From Tubiluchus corallicola (lineage: Eukaryota > Animalia > Priapulida): a stretch of DNA of 64,000 bases. This document shows positions 62,596-64,000 of the stretch, piece after piece; the first letter of the stretch is position 1; each line of letters begins with the position of its first letter. A program made the translations under genes and the position numbers. The notes under the pieces are model-generated. The model worked only from the letters and a program-made list of their open reading frames with translations. It was not told where the DNA came from and made no database searches. Location: assembly GCA_030141605.1 (NCBI GenBank), contig JAQGDQ010000583.1, positions 71,937 to 135,936 of the forward strand, in the 5' to 3' direction.

Positions 62596-64000
62596 TTAAC
62601 TTGTATGACTGCAGGTGCATATGTATCTGAGTTACTGACGCTATTGATGAAAAAATTGCACTCATCTCCTTAAGACTTTTCACAGTTGTGAAACTATAGT
62701 GCGTAGAGTAACACGGCTATGTTACAGGAACTTAAGGAACGTTTGTTTAGGTCTGTGCATTTGTAAATAGTAAAAATTCTTGAATTGTAATTATTTAACG
62801 AGTAATTAACTTTTTATGTGGTCAGTTGCATTCGCGATAATTTGTTTCATGTTGTGTTTCACGAAAAACGAAATTCATTTACACATTCGAAGCAAAAAAA
62901 TGTAACAAACAATTAGTGCTTTAGCATTAATGATTTGAGCCAAGGGTAAGCCAGTTAGGTCTAAAACGAAATTTGTGATAACTAAGCTTACAAGGCAGTA
63001 ATTACGTGAATACTGAAATGTACAAACACAGTAATATATTTCTGTTACTTTTGTAGCAACTTTTGTTACGAACACGCATGATAACGCACGATTTGAGATA
63101 CGTAAACATAGTTTCCAAATTTCGTATCTTTTACAGATTATTATTGCATCATATGTGTAAATAGTATAAATTAAGGGAGACAAAGTACAGTAGTGACGAT
63201 CAATGGATATTCGTGAGTATGTCAGTTTTCGCCTAGGATTTTTGGTTAGGACCACAAGATTTGCGAGGCGTGAAAAATTAGAATAGAGGTAAAAAAATTT
63301 AAATTACCAGGCCTAATGCATGTTTGTTGCTCCAACAGGCCTCGAGGCATATTAAATGAAACTTTTCGTAAGGCGAGTTAAATAGGATCAATTAGCTCGA
63401 CGCCAAAGCTCATCTGAAGCCGCTTTAATAAAAACAACATGACATAGACCATACGCCTCCGTCTAACAGAAAAAAGTTTATCGATGTTGTACATTAAAAT
63501 GTCGTTAATCATAAAACTGGCTTACCAAATATACTAATATATAGGCTAATATGACTTGGCCAAAGTTTATAACCGGATGTGACGTCATACAAATCTGACG
63601 AGTTCTGGAGTTTTTACCAAACCATTGCTTATGAGGGTAAATAAAACCAAAAATTACTGAACCAGAAACCAACCGAAACTGAAGAAATGTCTACAAAACA
63701 GAAATTGTACTCAGTCACTGCTTTGCTTTATTCGCGCTTTTCTCTGGAACCAGTAGTACAGCTAAAGTGTGGCGATCTGCGTGACCATGTCATGGGCGCT
63801 GGAAAAGATGGGTCATGGCTGTCATAGATTTTTCAGCTGGCGCAATTTCAGTGCTTGTCATATAAACGGTTGTTTTACAGATATGCCACTGTGTGGAATC
63901 AGGGACTACAAGCTAATTTTAATACATGGTTATAGATAAAAAATGTGAATTTGTAGTGTAATTCAGTGAATTTGCACCACACTGTATCTGAATAAAAACA

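Overview
AT-rich, intron-rich, microsatellite-dense eukaryotic genomic DNA, most likely from an invertebrate animal; it is not prokaryotic and has no CRISPR array. Most ORF-track entries are artefacts of microsatellites or are fragments of exons. Manual splicing with GT-AG sites and phase checks gives four protein-coding genes. (1) Minus strand, 8258 to <1: a signal peptide + C-type lectin + pentraxin protein that runs off the left edge. (2) Plus strand, 21306-35223: a Zasp-motif (ZM) protein of about 354 aa resembling Drosophila Zasp66, with no PDZ or LIM domain found. (3) Plus strand, 36909-55819: ECT2L (F-box, DUF4347-like region, DH and PH domains). (4) Minus strand, 61424-56993: a 239-aa single-pass membrane protein with a Ser/Thr-rich ectodomain that I cannot assign to a family. 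Introns and intergenic DNA contain several MITE families (Harbinger-like TWA, Kolobok-like TTAA, piggyBac-like TTAA, hAT-like), LINE remnants, 5S- and tRNA-derived elements, an 81-bp minisatellite, a foldback hairpin and many compound microsatellites. I found no clearly new biological system. The best leads are the PDZ-less Zasp protein, the lectin-pentraxin with a Cys-rich insertion, the unassigned membrane protein whose first coding exon is bracketed by inverted MITEs, and an intronic tRNA-like element with an expanded D-loop. All family assignments are from memory of motifs; no database searches were run.
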